Origin: Lachnospiraceae bacterium
GTDB lineage: Bacteria > Bacteroidota > Bacteroidia > Bacteroidales > Bacteroidaceae
Reading direction: 5' to 3'
Assembly (NCBI GenBank): GCA_963590445.1
Contig: CAVAPI010000001.1
Location: 1-54,082, forward strand
DNA: 54,082 nt
Shown: positions 10,437 to 19,721 of the stretch, piece after piece
Position numbering within the stretch: position 1 is the first letter of the stretch
How the letters are laid out: the number at the start of each line of letters is the position of its first letter
Notes under the pieces: generated by a model
The model's input: the letters and a program-made list of their open reading frames with translations, nothing else
Databases searched by the model: none
Told to the model about the DNA's origin: nothing
Program-made: the position numbers and the translations under genes

Positions 10437-10539
10437 AACGCCCTTTCCCAATCTTTCAAACATCTTTTTCCCGCATCTGAAACCGCGTTTGCCAGACTGC
10501 CTGTGGGCAGCTTGGCAAAGCGCAGCCGTGTGCTTGCGT

Positions 10540-10712
10540 GGCAAATGTGTGCCGCTTGCAAGCGCCAAGCGTGCCGTTAAAGGCAGCCAAACACGGCATT
10601 TGGGAGGGCCAAGCGTGCCGTTTACGGAGGCTAACCTGCCGACTTTCCATGAGTAACCTGCCGGCTTTCCATGAGTAACCTGCCGACTTTTTTACTGCAA
10701 CCGGGTCGGATT
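10540..10712. repeat. Degenerate 22-bp-period array, about 8 units, grading into near-perfect TAACCTGCCGRCTTTCCATGAG copies
   Basis: Unit starts at 10565, 10587, 10609, 10631, 10653, 10675, 10697. Confidence 0.8.
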
Positions 10713-10758
10713 GTCTCGTTTTTTTGCCCAAACACTTGTGCAAATGGATAAAAACGAG

Positions 10759-10766
10759 TACCTTTG
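10759..10766 (+). promoter_or_regulatory. -7 element (TACCTTTG) for rplY-pth-hslR
   Basis: TAnnTTTG consensus upstream of rplY. Confidence 0.65.
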
Positions 10767-10856
10767 CAGCGCTTTTTCAAACATCAGTAAAGGTAAGTGT
10801 GATGGCGAATTGAGCATTTGGACAAACTTAATTTTAGAGTAACACATTAAAAGACA

Positions 10857-11474
10857 ATGAAAGAAATCGAAGTTACAGGCAAACTGCGCACCGAGGTGGG
10901 CAAGAAAGCCGCAAAGAAGTTTCGCAAGGAGGGAATGATTCCCTGCAATCTCTATGGTGAAAAGCGTGGTGAGAACGGGCTTCCCGTTGCCACATCCATC
11001 GTATGCCCCATGAGCGAGCTGCGCAAGGTGGTGTTCACTCCCCATATCTATGTAATCAACCTCTTGATAGACGGCGAGAGCCACACCGCAATCCTCAAGG
11101 AGCTGCAGTTCCACCCGGTGACCGACGCGCTGCTTCACGTTGACTTCTATGAGGTGAACGACAAGAAGCCCATCACAATCGGCATACCTGTCAAGCTCAA
11201 CGGTCTGGCACAGGGTGTGCGCGATGGTGGTCGCATCAACCTTTCCATCCGCAAGATCAACGTTACCGCACCGTATCAGATCATCCCGGAGCACCTTGAC
11301 ATCGACGTAACGTCGCTCCAGCTCGGCAAGAGCATCAAGGTTGGCGAGCTGAGCTTCGAGGGTCTTGAGATAGCAACGCCGGCTGAAGTGGTAGTATGCT
11401 CGGTTAAGACCACCCGTGCCTCCAAGTCGGCAGCGGCCGCAGCGGCAGCTTCCACTGAGGCAGCAGCAGAGTAA
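10857..11474 (+). CDS. rplY: 50S ribosomal protein L25/general stress protein Ctc
   Basis: [27 protein letters not shown]; upstream of pth. Confidence 0.94.
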   Translation: MKEIEVTGKLRTEVGKKAAKKFRKEGMIPCNLYGEKRGENGLPVATSIVCPMSELRKVVFTPHIYVINLLIDGESHTAILKELQFHPVTDALLHVDFYEVNDKKPITIGIPVKLNGLAQGVRDGGRINLSIRKINVTAPYQIIPEHLDIDVTSLQLGKSIKVGELSFEGLEIATPAEVVVCSVKTTRASKSAAAAAAASTEAAAE

Positions 11475-12043
11475 TGGACAAGTACTTGATAGTTGGTTTG
11501 GGCAATGTCGGCGACGAGTACGACATGACCCGCCACAATACAGGATTTATGGTATTGGACGCTTTCGCGAAAGCGTCCAATATTGTTTTTGACGACCGCC
11601 GCTACGGTTTCGTGGCCGAGGCGAGTGCGAAGGGGCGCAAGCTGTTTCTGCTCAAGCCGAGCACGTTTATGAACCTCAGCGGCAACGCCGTGCGCTACTG
11701 GCTCAACAAGGAAAACATCGACATCAGCCGGCTTCTCGTCGTTGTCGATGACCTTGCGCTCCCCCTGGGCGCGCTCCGGCTCAAGCCGTCGGGCAGCAAT
11801 GCGGGGCACAACGGGCTGGGAAACATCCAGTCGGTGCTCGGTACTGAGCACTACAGCCGTCTGCGCGTGGGCATAGGCAACGGCTTTCCGCGCGGCATGC
11901 AGGTGGAATGGGTGCTCGGACGCTACAGTCAGGACGAGCTGGACGTGCTTCAGCCGAAGATGGAAACGGCCTGTGAGATAATCAGGAGCTTCGTCCTGTC
12001 GGGCATAGACGTCACGATGAACGCTTACAACAAGAAGGGATAG
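11474..12043 (+). CDS. pth: Peptidyl-tRNA hydrolase
   Basis: [36 protein letters not shown]. Confidence 0.95.
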   Translation: MDKYLIVGLGNVGDEYDMTRHNTGFMVLDAFAKASNIVFDDRRYGFVAEASAKGRKLFLLKPSTFMNLSGNAVRYWLNKENIDISRLLVVVDDLALPLGALRLKPSGSNAGHNGLGNIQSVLGTEHYSRLRVGIGNGFPRGMQVEWVLGRYSQDELDVLQPKMETACEIIRSFVLSGIDVTMNAYNKKG

Positions 12044-12044
12044 T

Positions 12045-12464
12045 ATGGCCAGTGAGGCGAGAGTTGACAAGTGGCTGTGGGCGGCACGGATCTACAAGAC
12101 CCGTTCCATCGCCGCCGATGCCTGCAGGAACGGGCGCATCACGGTGAACGGCGCCAACGTGAAGCCGTCCCACATGGTGAAAGCGGGCGAGACGGTCAGC
12201 GTGCGCAAGTCGCCCGTGACCTATTCGTTCCGTATTCTCCAGCCCATAGAGCAGCGTGTGGGGGCGAAACTCCTGCCGCAGGTCTATGAAAACGTGACCA
12301 CGCCCGACCAGTACGAGCTGCTTGAGATGACCCGCATCAGCGGTTTCGTTGACCGGGCGCGCGGCACAGGCCGCCCAACCAAGAAGGAACGCCGTTCGCT
12401 CGACGCCTTCTTCGACCCTTCGGGAGACGGTTTCGACGGCTGGGACGACGGCTCCGACGACTGA
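12045..12464 (+). CDS. hslR: S4-domain RNA-binding protein, Hsp15/HslR family
   Basis: RVDKWLWAARIYKTRS, GRPTKKERR. Confidence 0.88.
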   Translation: MASEARVDKWLWAARIYKTRSIAADACRNGRITVNGANVKPSHMVKAGETVSVRKSPVTYSFRILQPIEQRVGAKLLPQVYENVTTPDQYELLEMTRISGFVDRARGTGRPTKKERRSLDAFFDPSGDGFDGWDDGSDD

Positions 12465-12605
12465 CCACCGCCGCTTCCGAGCATCCGCAGCGGCTTCCGA
12501 AAACATGCCAAGTGCGGCCTGAACCGCCGGAACGCAAGAATGGAACTTATGAAAAGGTGTTGCTATATAATTAATGTGTAACATTTTAACAGAAAGGAAA
12601 GACTT

Positions 12606-13685
12606 ATGAGAACACTAAAATCATTGTTCGCCGTTGCCGCCATGGCAGTTGCGGTGGTGTCATGCGGCCCTGTCAGCGACAAGTATGCCGGTTTTACGGG
12701 CGCAAGCTACACCCCTACGGCCTACGCCAACACCAACCACGGCTACATAGCCTTTGCCAGCTACGGCCGGTGGGGCATTGAGAAGAGCGCAGCCAGCGAC
12801 TGGTGTACCATAAAGGTGACGGGCGGCAGTGGCATGACGTACAACTACATCCCCATTTTCTACACCCTGAACACCACCGGGAGTGCGCGCCAGTGCCAAA
12901 TCACTGCGCGTGACGTTGACGAGGGCAGCGCCTATGTGTCGTTTCCCATCGCCCAGTATGCCACACGCGGCGACGGAAGCCTCGGCACAGCACCGCTTGT
13001 GAGCGGCATAAAGGGCGATGACGGCAGCGAGATAACCATTGCCTACGACACACTGTGCCGCCCCACGTCGGTAAGGATAGCCAATGGAGAGACAGTCTAT
13101 CGCAATATGCCCATAGTATGGGGCGATACCACGGTGACAATAGCCGGAACAGACGTGAAATTCAGCGTTGGCTACCAGCCTGACAACATCACTTCGGAGA
13201 CCGACACGGTGGGTTATTTCAACGACTACGAGAGTAACACCCTCTGGTCGTTCACTTTCCAGGATCACCGCCCCAATGAGAACTACTACGGCCACGGTTT
13301 CCTGTTCACCAAAGACCTCGACAAGGTGTCAAACCCCGACACCGACACGCGCTGTCCCGACAGTCTGCGCTACCTGCACCACTACTCTGACGGCACAGTC
13401 GTAAAGGATTCCCTCCGGATGAGCTACAGTTCCACCGACAACCGCCGCCAGTCGGTTGACGCCAACCAGCTGCTTTTCGGCGCAAAGGAGTGCAGCCCCT
13501 ACCTGCTGCTCGGCCTTTTCCGTCACGCAAGGGCAACGAAAGTGGTGTCGGAGGCAACCGGTTCCGACGGCAAATACACCGTGGAGACCACTCTCAACGC
13601 CGACAAGAGCATCAACACCATGACCGTTACCGACAAGCGGGGCGGCAAGGTGACATACACGTTCAGCTACTTTACCACCGCATAA
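12606..13685 (+). CDS. Lipoprotein with an N-terminal BACON-like domain and a beta-rich C-terminal domain
   Basis: Lipobox VVSC; W..DW...G.G...N.TG.AR pattern of BACON; C-terminal part (SVDANQLL..., YTFSY) resembles DUF4595-type proteins, recognised by eye only. Confidence 0.6.
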   Translation: MRTLKSLFAVAAMAVAVVSCGPVSDKYAGFTGASYTPTAYANTNHGYIAFASYGRWGIEKSAASDWCTIKVTGGSGMTYNYIPIFYTLNTTGSARQCQITARDVDEGSAYVSFPIAQYATRGDGSLGTAPLVSGIKGDDGSEITIAYDTLCRPTSVRIANGETVYRNMPIVWGDTTVTIAGTDVKFSVGYQPDNITSETDTVGYFNDYESNTLWSFTFQDHRPNENYYGHGFLFTKDLDKVSNPDTDTRCPDSLRYLHHYSDGTVVKDSLRMSYSSTDNRRQSVDANQLLFGAKECSPYLLLGLFRHARATKVVSEATGSDGKYTVETTLNADKSINTMTVTDKRGGKVTYTFSYFTTA

Positions 13686-13689
13686 GGCC

Positions 13690-14265
13690 ATGAACATAGC
13701 CGTATTCGTGTCGGGCAGCGGCACCAACTGCGAGAATATCATACGCCACTTCGCCGCCGGCGGAGCGTCGCGCGTGGCCCTGGTGGTCAGCAACCGCCCC
13801 GACGCCTATGCGATAAAGCGCGCCGAGGCGTTGGGAGTGCCCGTTGAGGTCGTGCCCAAGGCCGGCTTCAACGACGAGAACAGGCTTATGGCCGTGCTCG
13901 AAGCCCACCATATCGACTTCATAGTGCTGGCCGGCTTCCTGCTGATGGTGCCTTCGTTCCTCCTGCACCGCTATCCGCGCAGGATAGTCAACATCCATCC
14001 GGCGCTTTTGCCCAAGTATGGCGGTCGCGGGATGTACGGCCACCATGTGCATGAGGCCGTCTTCGCCAACCGCGAGAGCGAGACCGGCATCACCGTCCAC
14101 TACGTCAGCGAGGTGTGCGACGGCGGCGAGATACTCTTTCAGGCCAGGACGGCACTGTCGCCCGGCGACTCGCCCGATGACATAGCGGCAAAGGTGCACC
14201 GCCTGGAGATGGAATACTATCCCAAAGTGATAGAACAGGCCATCGGAAACGCCGCCAAGGCATAG
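13690..14265 (+). CDS. purN: Phosphoribosylglycinamide formyltransferase
   Basis: [29 protein letters not shown]. Confidence 0.94.
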   Translation: MNIAVFVSGSGTNCENIIRHFAAGGASRVALVVSNRPDAYAIKRAEALGVPVEVVPKAGFNDENRLMAVLEAHHIDFIVLAGFLLMVPSFLLHRYPRRIVNIHPALLPKYGGRGMYGHHVHEAVFANRESETGITVHYVSEVCDGGEILFQARTALSPGDSPDDIAAKVHRLEMEYYPKVIEQAIGNAAKA

Positions 14266-14368
14266 CCGGAGCGCAACCTGTACACACCGCGGAGCGCCGG
14301 TCTGCTTCAGGCCGGCGCCCCGTTTCGGGTGTCCGGCGTCCCGTTTCGGATACATATATTATATAAAA

Positions 14369-14402
14369 AGGAGTCCTTGTCTAACCTCCTCTAAAAAACA
14401 AG
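14369..14402 (+). ncRNA. preQ1 class I riboswitch aptamer
   Basis: P1 AGGAG/CTCCT, 12-nt loop TCCTTGTCTAAC, A-rich tail CTAAAAAACAAG whose CAAG pairs with loop CTTG (pseudoknot); directly upstream of yhhQ-queF. Confidence 0.85.
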
Positions 14403-14405
14403 AAC

Positions 14406-15092
14406 ATGAAGAAAGAGAAACAACAAGTCAGTGTGCTGTTCATGCTTTTCGGCATACTGTTCTGCGTCTGCCTCATTACGGCAAACGTACTCGAGACAAA
14501 GCAGATGGCCTTCGGCCCGGTGACAATCACAGGCGGCCTGTTGGTCTTCCCGGTATCTTACATTATCAACGACTGTGTGTGCGAGGTGTGGGGCTATGGC
14601 CGCGCCCGGCTGCTCATCTGGATGGGGTTTGCCATGAACTTCATGTTCGTTGCCTTCGGCGCACTGGCCGATGCCATCCCCGGAGCGCCCTATTGGGACA
14701 ACGAAGAGGGTTTCCATTCCGTCTTCGGACTGGCTCCCCGCGTGGCGGCAGCGTCCTTTGTGGCGTTTCTCGTAGGGTCGTTTGTCAACGCCTATGTTAT
14801 GAGCCGCATGAAAATCTCGTCGGCCGGGCACCACTTTTCCGTCCGCGCGATACTCAGCACCGTGTATGGCGAGACAGCCGACTCGCTCATTTTCTTCCCC
14901 CTCGCCCTGCTTGGCGTGGTGCCTCTCGCCTCCATGCCGTCGCTGATAGTGTCACAGGTGGTGCTCAAGACTCTCTACGAGGTCATCGTCCTGCCCGTTA
15001 CCATCCGCGTAGTGGCCTTTGCCAAGAAGCGCGAGGGCGAGGATGCCTACGACAGGGGCGTCAGTTACAACATTTTCCGTATGAAATTCTAA
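14406..15092 (+). CDS. yhhQ: Queuosine precursor transporter (YhhQ/VUT family)
   Basis: Hydrophobic; [33 protein letters not shown]; next to queF and a preQ1 riboswitch. Confidence 0.9.
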   Translation: MKKEKQQVSVLFMLFGILFCVCLITANVLETKQMAFGPVTITGGLLVFPVSYIINDCVCEVWGYGRARLLIWMGFAMNFMFVAFGALADAIPGAPYWDNEEGFHSVFGLAPRVAAASFVAFLVGSFVNAYVMSRMKISSAGHHFSVRAILSTVYGETADSLIFFPLALLGVVPLASMPSLIVSQVVLKTLYEVIVLPVTIRVVAFAKKREGEDAYDRGVSYNIFRMKF

Positions 15093-15097
15093 ACCGT

Positions 15098-15571
15098 ATG
15101 CAGCAGGAAACAAGAACGAAAGAGGGGCTCCGCGCCCTCGGAGCGGCCGCGAAATACTCCATGGACTACGCTCCCGAAGTGCTCGAAACGTTCACCAACA
15201 AGCACCGCGACAACGACTATTGGGTGCAGTTCAACTGTCCTGAGTTCACATCCCTGTGCCCCATCACCGGCCAGCCCGACTTTGCCGAGATAAAGATACT
15301 CTATCTGCCCGACGAAAAGATGGTGGAGAGCAAGAGCCTGAAGCTCTATCTCTTCAGCTTCCGCAACCACGGCGACTTCCACGAGGACTGTGTGAACACC
15401 ATAATGAAGGACTTGGTCAGGCTCATGCAGCCCAAATACATCGAAGTGCTGGGCGTTTTCACCCCGCGGGGCGGCATCAGCATCTATCCGTATGCCAACT
15501 ATGGCCGCCCCGGCACCAAGTATGAAGCCCTTGCATGGCAGCGTCTGGCCGGGCGCAAGCCCTTCGGGTGA
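15098..15571 (+). CDS. queF: NADPH-dependent 7-cyano-7-deazaguanine reductase (preQ1 synthase)
   Basis: [35 protein letters not shown]; start at MQQETR. Confidence 0.95.
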   Translation: MQQETRTKEGLRALGAAAKYSMDYAPEVLETFTNKHRDNDYWVQFNCPEFTSLCPITGQPDFAEIKILYLPDEKMVESKSLKLYLFSFRNHGDFHEDCVNTIMKDLVRLMQPKYIEVLGVFTPRGGISIYPYANYGRPGTKYEALAWQRLAGRKPFG

Positions 15572-15652
15572 CATCAGCTAAGCTCTGGTGCAAAGGCAGA
15601 TATGGTTGGTGCAACGCCTGCTAAGTTTGCCTTTGCGCTTGTCTGCGGCAAA

Positions 15653-15799
15653 TGCGCACGAATGGTACGCCGGGGGCGACGTACCTCCTAACGCAAGGGC
15701 AAACTTACATTGCCCGAAGACTTCAGCGCGGCCTTCAGGAGGTACGGCCCCCCCGCCGTACCAAAGAAAGCGTGATCTTTAAGTGTACCTGTGCTTGGG
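15653..15799. repeat. REP-doublet (REPIN-like) element copy 1
   Basis: Inverted palindromic units TGGTACG..CGTACCTCCT (15663-15689) / AGGAGGTACG..CGTACCA (15737-15763), then tail AAAGCGTGATCTTTAAGTGT. Confidence 0.75.
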
Positions 15800-15832
15800 C
15801 TATGCAGTAGGCTTTTGCCGAAATTCTCCCTT

Positions 15833-15976
15833 GAATGGTACGGGGGCTCCGCACCTCCTGCGAAGACAAGCAGCAAAACATCTCATATGGAAACCTCAGA
15901 AACGGCGCAAGCCTTAGGAGGTACGGTGCCCTCGCCGTACCAAAAAAGCGTTAGCTTTAAGTGTCCTGCGCTTGGG
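15833..15976. repeat. REP-doublet (REPIN-like) element copy 2
   Basis: Units 15836-15859 and 15916-15942, tail AAAGCGTTAGCTTTAAGTGT; a third tail copy lies at 16129-16155. Confidence 0.75.
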
Positions 15977-16215
15977 TGTGGTAGTTGCTGCGTCTCGTTG
16001 CGCCCAAACAAATCCCGAACGCATCCCGAACGAAAGCATGGGCAATTTGTTTTTCGCAATACGTGTCACGCCATGCTTTGGGGATTTCGCTGCGCCCGTC
16101 CAGATCCAGCTTCTTCCCTATCAACTGAGTACCCCAAAGCGTGAGCTTTAAGTGTGCCATCCACTAAATTCTGCATCTCTGTTTGTGGTTTTTTTTTGAA
16201 AAATGACCATTTTTC

Positions 16216-16246
16216 TTTGTTTAGTTGGCGGAAAGTGGTATCTTTG
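16216..16246 (+). promoter_or_regulatory. Bacteroidetes promoter (-33 TTTG, -7 TATCTTTG) for the T9SS-protein cassette
   Basis: TTTG 16216-16219, 19-nt spacer, TATCTTTG 16239-16246. Confidence 0.75.
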
Positions 16247-16369
16247 CGACGGATGCGCCGATTGAGTCTATATACATTATAATGTAAACGCACGGCGACT
16301 TAAATCTATAGACTGACCGTCGGTTTGTACTGACACATACGACTAACAACAATTATAAAACTATTCAAC

Positions 16370-19049
16370 ATGAGAAAACAGTTACTTTTCGTGGCTTTAT
16401 CCGCCCTTATTGGGGGGGGGTAATTTAGCACTCGCAGACACCTCTGTGCTCACTACTGAGGACGGGTGGGCTAAAATCACTTCGATAACCCAATCGGACA
16501 TTGCAGACAATTATTACGTTTTCGTTGACAACGATGCTGATTTGATGCTTGGCCTTGCTTCAAGCACAACCCAAAGCAACAATGCAATGTTCTATCAGGC
16601 ATCAGTTTCTGACCTTACTAAGGACCTCGCCAAAGTTTGGATGCTTGAGGTTAACGGCGAAAACTATGGCTTGAGGAACTTAAGCCTTAACGCTTACCAA
16701 TTTCAGACGGAATATAGCGGAAGCCTAAACAGTCTTAATTGGCGCACTAACGACCAGGACGCTTCCATTTCTTGGACAGGTTTAGGCTTGAGCTATGCCG
16801 ATGGAGCATGGTCGCTGACCTCCACACAATACTCGCGTCCTTTGGGTATTTACAATAATGGGACGGGTAGTCCCGCAGAAGGCAACGAGTTGGGGGCTAA
16901 CGATGCCGGTAAAGGACAGAAATTCCAGATTTACAGCATTCCCAAAGCCACGTTCAACGCTAAATTGTTGGCCGGTGCAAGTGCAGAAAGTGCCGTTGAC
17001 GCTACCGCACTTATATACAATCCGACATTCGACTATAAGAACAACAATGGGCGAATCGGCTGTTGGTCGGGTACTGTTACCTATCAGACAAAAGGCAACA
17101 GCGGCAATTATAACTATGGCAATGGCGCTATAGAGATGTATCATATGCCTTCTTTCGACCTCAACCAGACTTTGACCAATCTTCCCAGTGGCAAATATCG
17201 GGTGAGTGTGCAGGTAGTGCAGTCGGGAACCTATACCGCTGAGCTTTATGCAACGAGCAACGGCACCACTAAAACCATGACAGCCAACACCGCAACGAGC
17301 GGAAATTTTGCAGACAATGCCCAGGCTTTGGCAGCCGACCGGACTAAAGGCAAGATAACAGTAGAGGTAGTTGTTGATGATGGCAATATGACTATCGGTT
17401 TGAGAGATGCCAGTTCTTCAAGCTCATGGATTGTTTTCGACAACTTCACCATGTCATATCTCGGCACTGTTGACATCTCAGAGTATGTCACAGCATACGA
17501 GACAGCACTCGCAGCGGCAAAGGCCGTCAATCAGGAAAGCCCGATGAACGGGGATGTACTCACGGCTTTGACCACAGCATTGAGTGACTATGGCAGCGTT
17601 GACGAGACCAGTCAGGCCGCTCTTGTTGCCGCTACAGGCGCGCTGAACACGGCCACCGCAAACGCCACGGCTTCTATCGCAAGCTATGCAAAGGCCAATA
17701 CGGTTCTTGAAAACACGCTGAAGTTTATTGAAAGCACCAACTTCTACACCGCAGATGCCCTCACAGCCTATCAGACCAGCGACTATACTACTCCAAAAGG
17801 CAAGTATGACGCACGGACGCTGACCGATGCAGAGGCTGCCGCTCTGCAAGATCCGTATGCTTTAGGCTCACATAAAGTGGAGCGTAACGTATGGTCTTTG
17901 CTCCGCAGCACGTGGTCTGACACTTCTCTCAGCATCAATACTTGGTCAACGGAGGGCGTTAGTGACGGCTCAAACTTTGTCGTTCCGTTCGTAGAGTGGT
18001 GGGTTGTTGACTCAAGCACGCTTCCTGCCGGCACAAAGACAGGTACACTCGGCGGTCTGACTACCGGTAAGGTGTGTGAAGTTTCTGCCAATGTACGTGT
18101 GCGCCAGTCCAATAGCCAGACTGAAGTCAAGGGCGTGACGATGGATGTGAACGGCGGAGCATCGGTTAATGTATGCGACGGTGATAAGATAGGTTCATCA
18201 CAGCTGTATCTGAAGAAAGAAACCAAGACATACGGCCTGGTAGGTGAGGACGGCAACCTGAACGTTAACTTCACCGCAGCGGACGGTAACACCATCAGCT
18301 GGCTTGCATTCAAGGATGTGAACTACACCGCTACGGACATCGCGGTGCTTGATGAGGACGGCGACAACAGCTCTGTTGCGGCTGCCGAAAACACCAATAT
18401 CGGTGTGAAACGCTCGTTCACGGCTTACACGTGGAACTCGGTTGTGCTGCCGTTCGACATGACTTACTCGCAGGTGCAGGCTCTCTTCGGCAGCGGAACC
18501 AAGACTGCCGTATATACAGGTGCCACGGCTGACGATGCAACCAAGGCCATCACCCTCAATTTCTCGACCAGTGAGGGCAACAATGTGTCCATCAAGGCCA
18601 ACACACCTTGCTTGGTACGCCCGGCAAAGGCCGTGACTTTCGCCGTGGCTGAAGACGTTAACGTTGTAACTCCCGCCTCCTCACCGGAAGTGACCGACGC
18701 TTTGGTCAAGTTCGTGGGCACTTACAAGAAGGGAGGCCTGACTGTCACCGATCAGGACTTCTTCCTGAGCACCGACAACAAGCTCTACCGTGCCCAGGGA
18801 GGCGAAAGCATCAAGGCCTTCCGCGCCATTTTCCGTCTCGATCCCGCCACCAGTTCTGACGCAAAGGTAGTGATGTCGCTCGACGGACTGGACGATACGA
18901 CCTCTATCCAGAGCGTCGGCAAGCCCCGGAGCGCACAGTACAATGTGTATAACCTCGCCGGACAGGTGGTAAAGCGCAACGCCGCTTCTCTGGACGGCCT
19001 CCAGAAGGGTCTCTACATCGTCAACGGCAAGAAGGTAGTGGTAGAGTAA
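16370..19049 (+). CDS. Large secreted/surface protein with T9SS-type C-terminal domain, frameshifted at a G9 tract in the signal peptide (about 892 aa if restored)
   Basis: ATG 16370 gives MRKQLLFVALSALIGGG-stop; the +1 frame continues GNLALA/DTSV... to 19049; C-terminus TTSIQSV...YNLAGQVV...LQKGLYIVNGKKVVVE is a Prevotella-type CTD. Confidence 0.8.
16412..16420 (+). repeat. Homopolymeric G9 tract (candidate phase-variation or slippage switch)
   Basis: ATT GGGGGGGGG TAA; G8 or G11 would fuse the signal peptide to the 879-codon ORF. Confidence 0.85.
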
Positions 19050-19091
19050 CGACAGTGAAACCAAAGTTTAACGCATAAAAACTATAGAACA

Positions 19092-19301
19092 ATGAAAAAA
19101 CAAGCATATGTAAAACCGTCAACACGCATCGTGGAGTTGCAGAATGAAACGGATTTCATGGTGGCGGCATCGGCAGGTTACGATGTCAACCCAGGCAGCG
19201 GCCTTAACGACGGCTTCAGTTTCGGAGGCCAGTCGGACGGTTCGCATGAGATAAACGCCAAGCGGGGCGGCGGCGTTTGGAGCTTTGACGAGGAGGACTA
19301 A
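19092..19301 (+). CDS. 69-aa small protein with MKKxxYxKP leader-like N-terminus and Gly/Ser/Asp-rich C-terminal part
   Basis: A-rich initiation region, 42 nt after the T9SS gene, terminator downstream; pattern resembles small hypothetical proteins of Prevotella. Confidence 0.75.
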   Translation: MKKQAYVKPSTRIVELQNETDFMVAASAGYDVNPGSGLNDGFSFGGQSDGSHEINAKRGGGVWSFDEED

Positions 19302-19375
19302 GCTCTTCCTCGGAGTCAAGCGGCTTACGCCCGCCTGTACCAAGTAAGTTTAATTGACCGGGAAAGCCGGTGTAG

Positions 19376-19410
19376 GGGAGAGGTTGTCGTTAAGACAGTC
19401 TCTCCCTTTT
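19376..19410 (+). terminator. Intrinsic terminator closing the two-gene cassette
   Basis: GGGAGAGGTTGTC-GTTAA-GACAGTCTCTCCC followed by TTTT. Confidence 0.7.
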
Positions 19411-19448
19411 GGGTAATGAAGAATGGGGAATGTTTCTTCCCTGTCAAC

Positions 19449-19571
19449 TGCGCACGAATGGTGCGGCGAGGGCACCGCACCTCCTAACGTTTGCCTGTAT
19501 CTTGTTGGTTATCACGGCTGTGCAATGGGAGGTGCGGCTTCCCCGTACCCCAAAAGTGCAAGATTTAAGCT
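19449..19571. repeat. REP-doublet (REPIN-like) element copy 3
   Basis: TGCGCACGAA + TGGTGCG..CGCACCTCCT (19459-19485) / GGGAGGTGCG..CGTACC (19527-19549) plus a degenerate tail. Confidence 0.75.
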
Positions 19572-19721
19572 CATTCTGCCTTGAATTGTGTAGTAGGTGC
19601 GGTGTCTCTGCCGTGCTCTAATTTTGCAGTGGGATTGCAAAGCAATTGCATGAAGTCACAAATGGCAAGAGAAAAAGCCGTACCCCTTTTTCTTATAACC
19701 CTCTGGCGGGCAGTTGCTTCC

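Noticed and set aside
9063..10568. Long antisense ORFs (501 aa here; also 25904-27373, 35311-36636, 48487-49836 and others)
   Set aside because: They shadow well-supported genes on the opposite strand, as expected from GC-rich codon bias, and contain no recognisable motifs.
14579..15097. N-terminal extension of QueF in the 330-aa ORF
   Set aside because: It overlaps yhhQ in another frame; QueF homology starts at ATG 15098.
15653..16155. Possible CRISPR array or IS element
   Set aside because: Repeats alternate in orientation with irregular spacing, and there is no transposase or cas ORF. Better described as REP-like doublets. The short ORFs here have no recognisable features.
16370..19049. 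Calling the T9SS gene a pseudogene
   Set aside because: The only lesion is one base in a homopolymer; the promoter, the rest of the ORF, the CTD and the terminator are intact.
19092..19301. Complete lasso-peptide or RiPP biosynthetic cluster
   Set aside because: No maturation enzymes, RRE or transporter are in the window; only the leader-like motif is reported.
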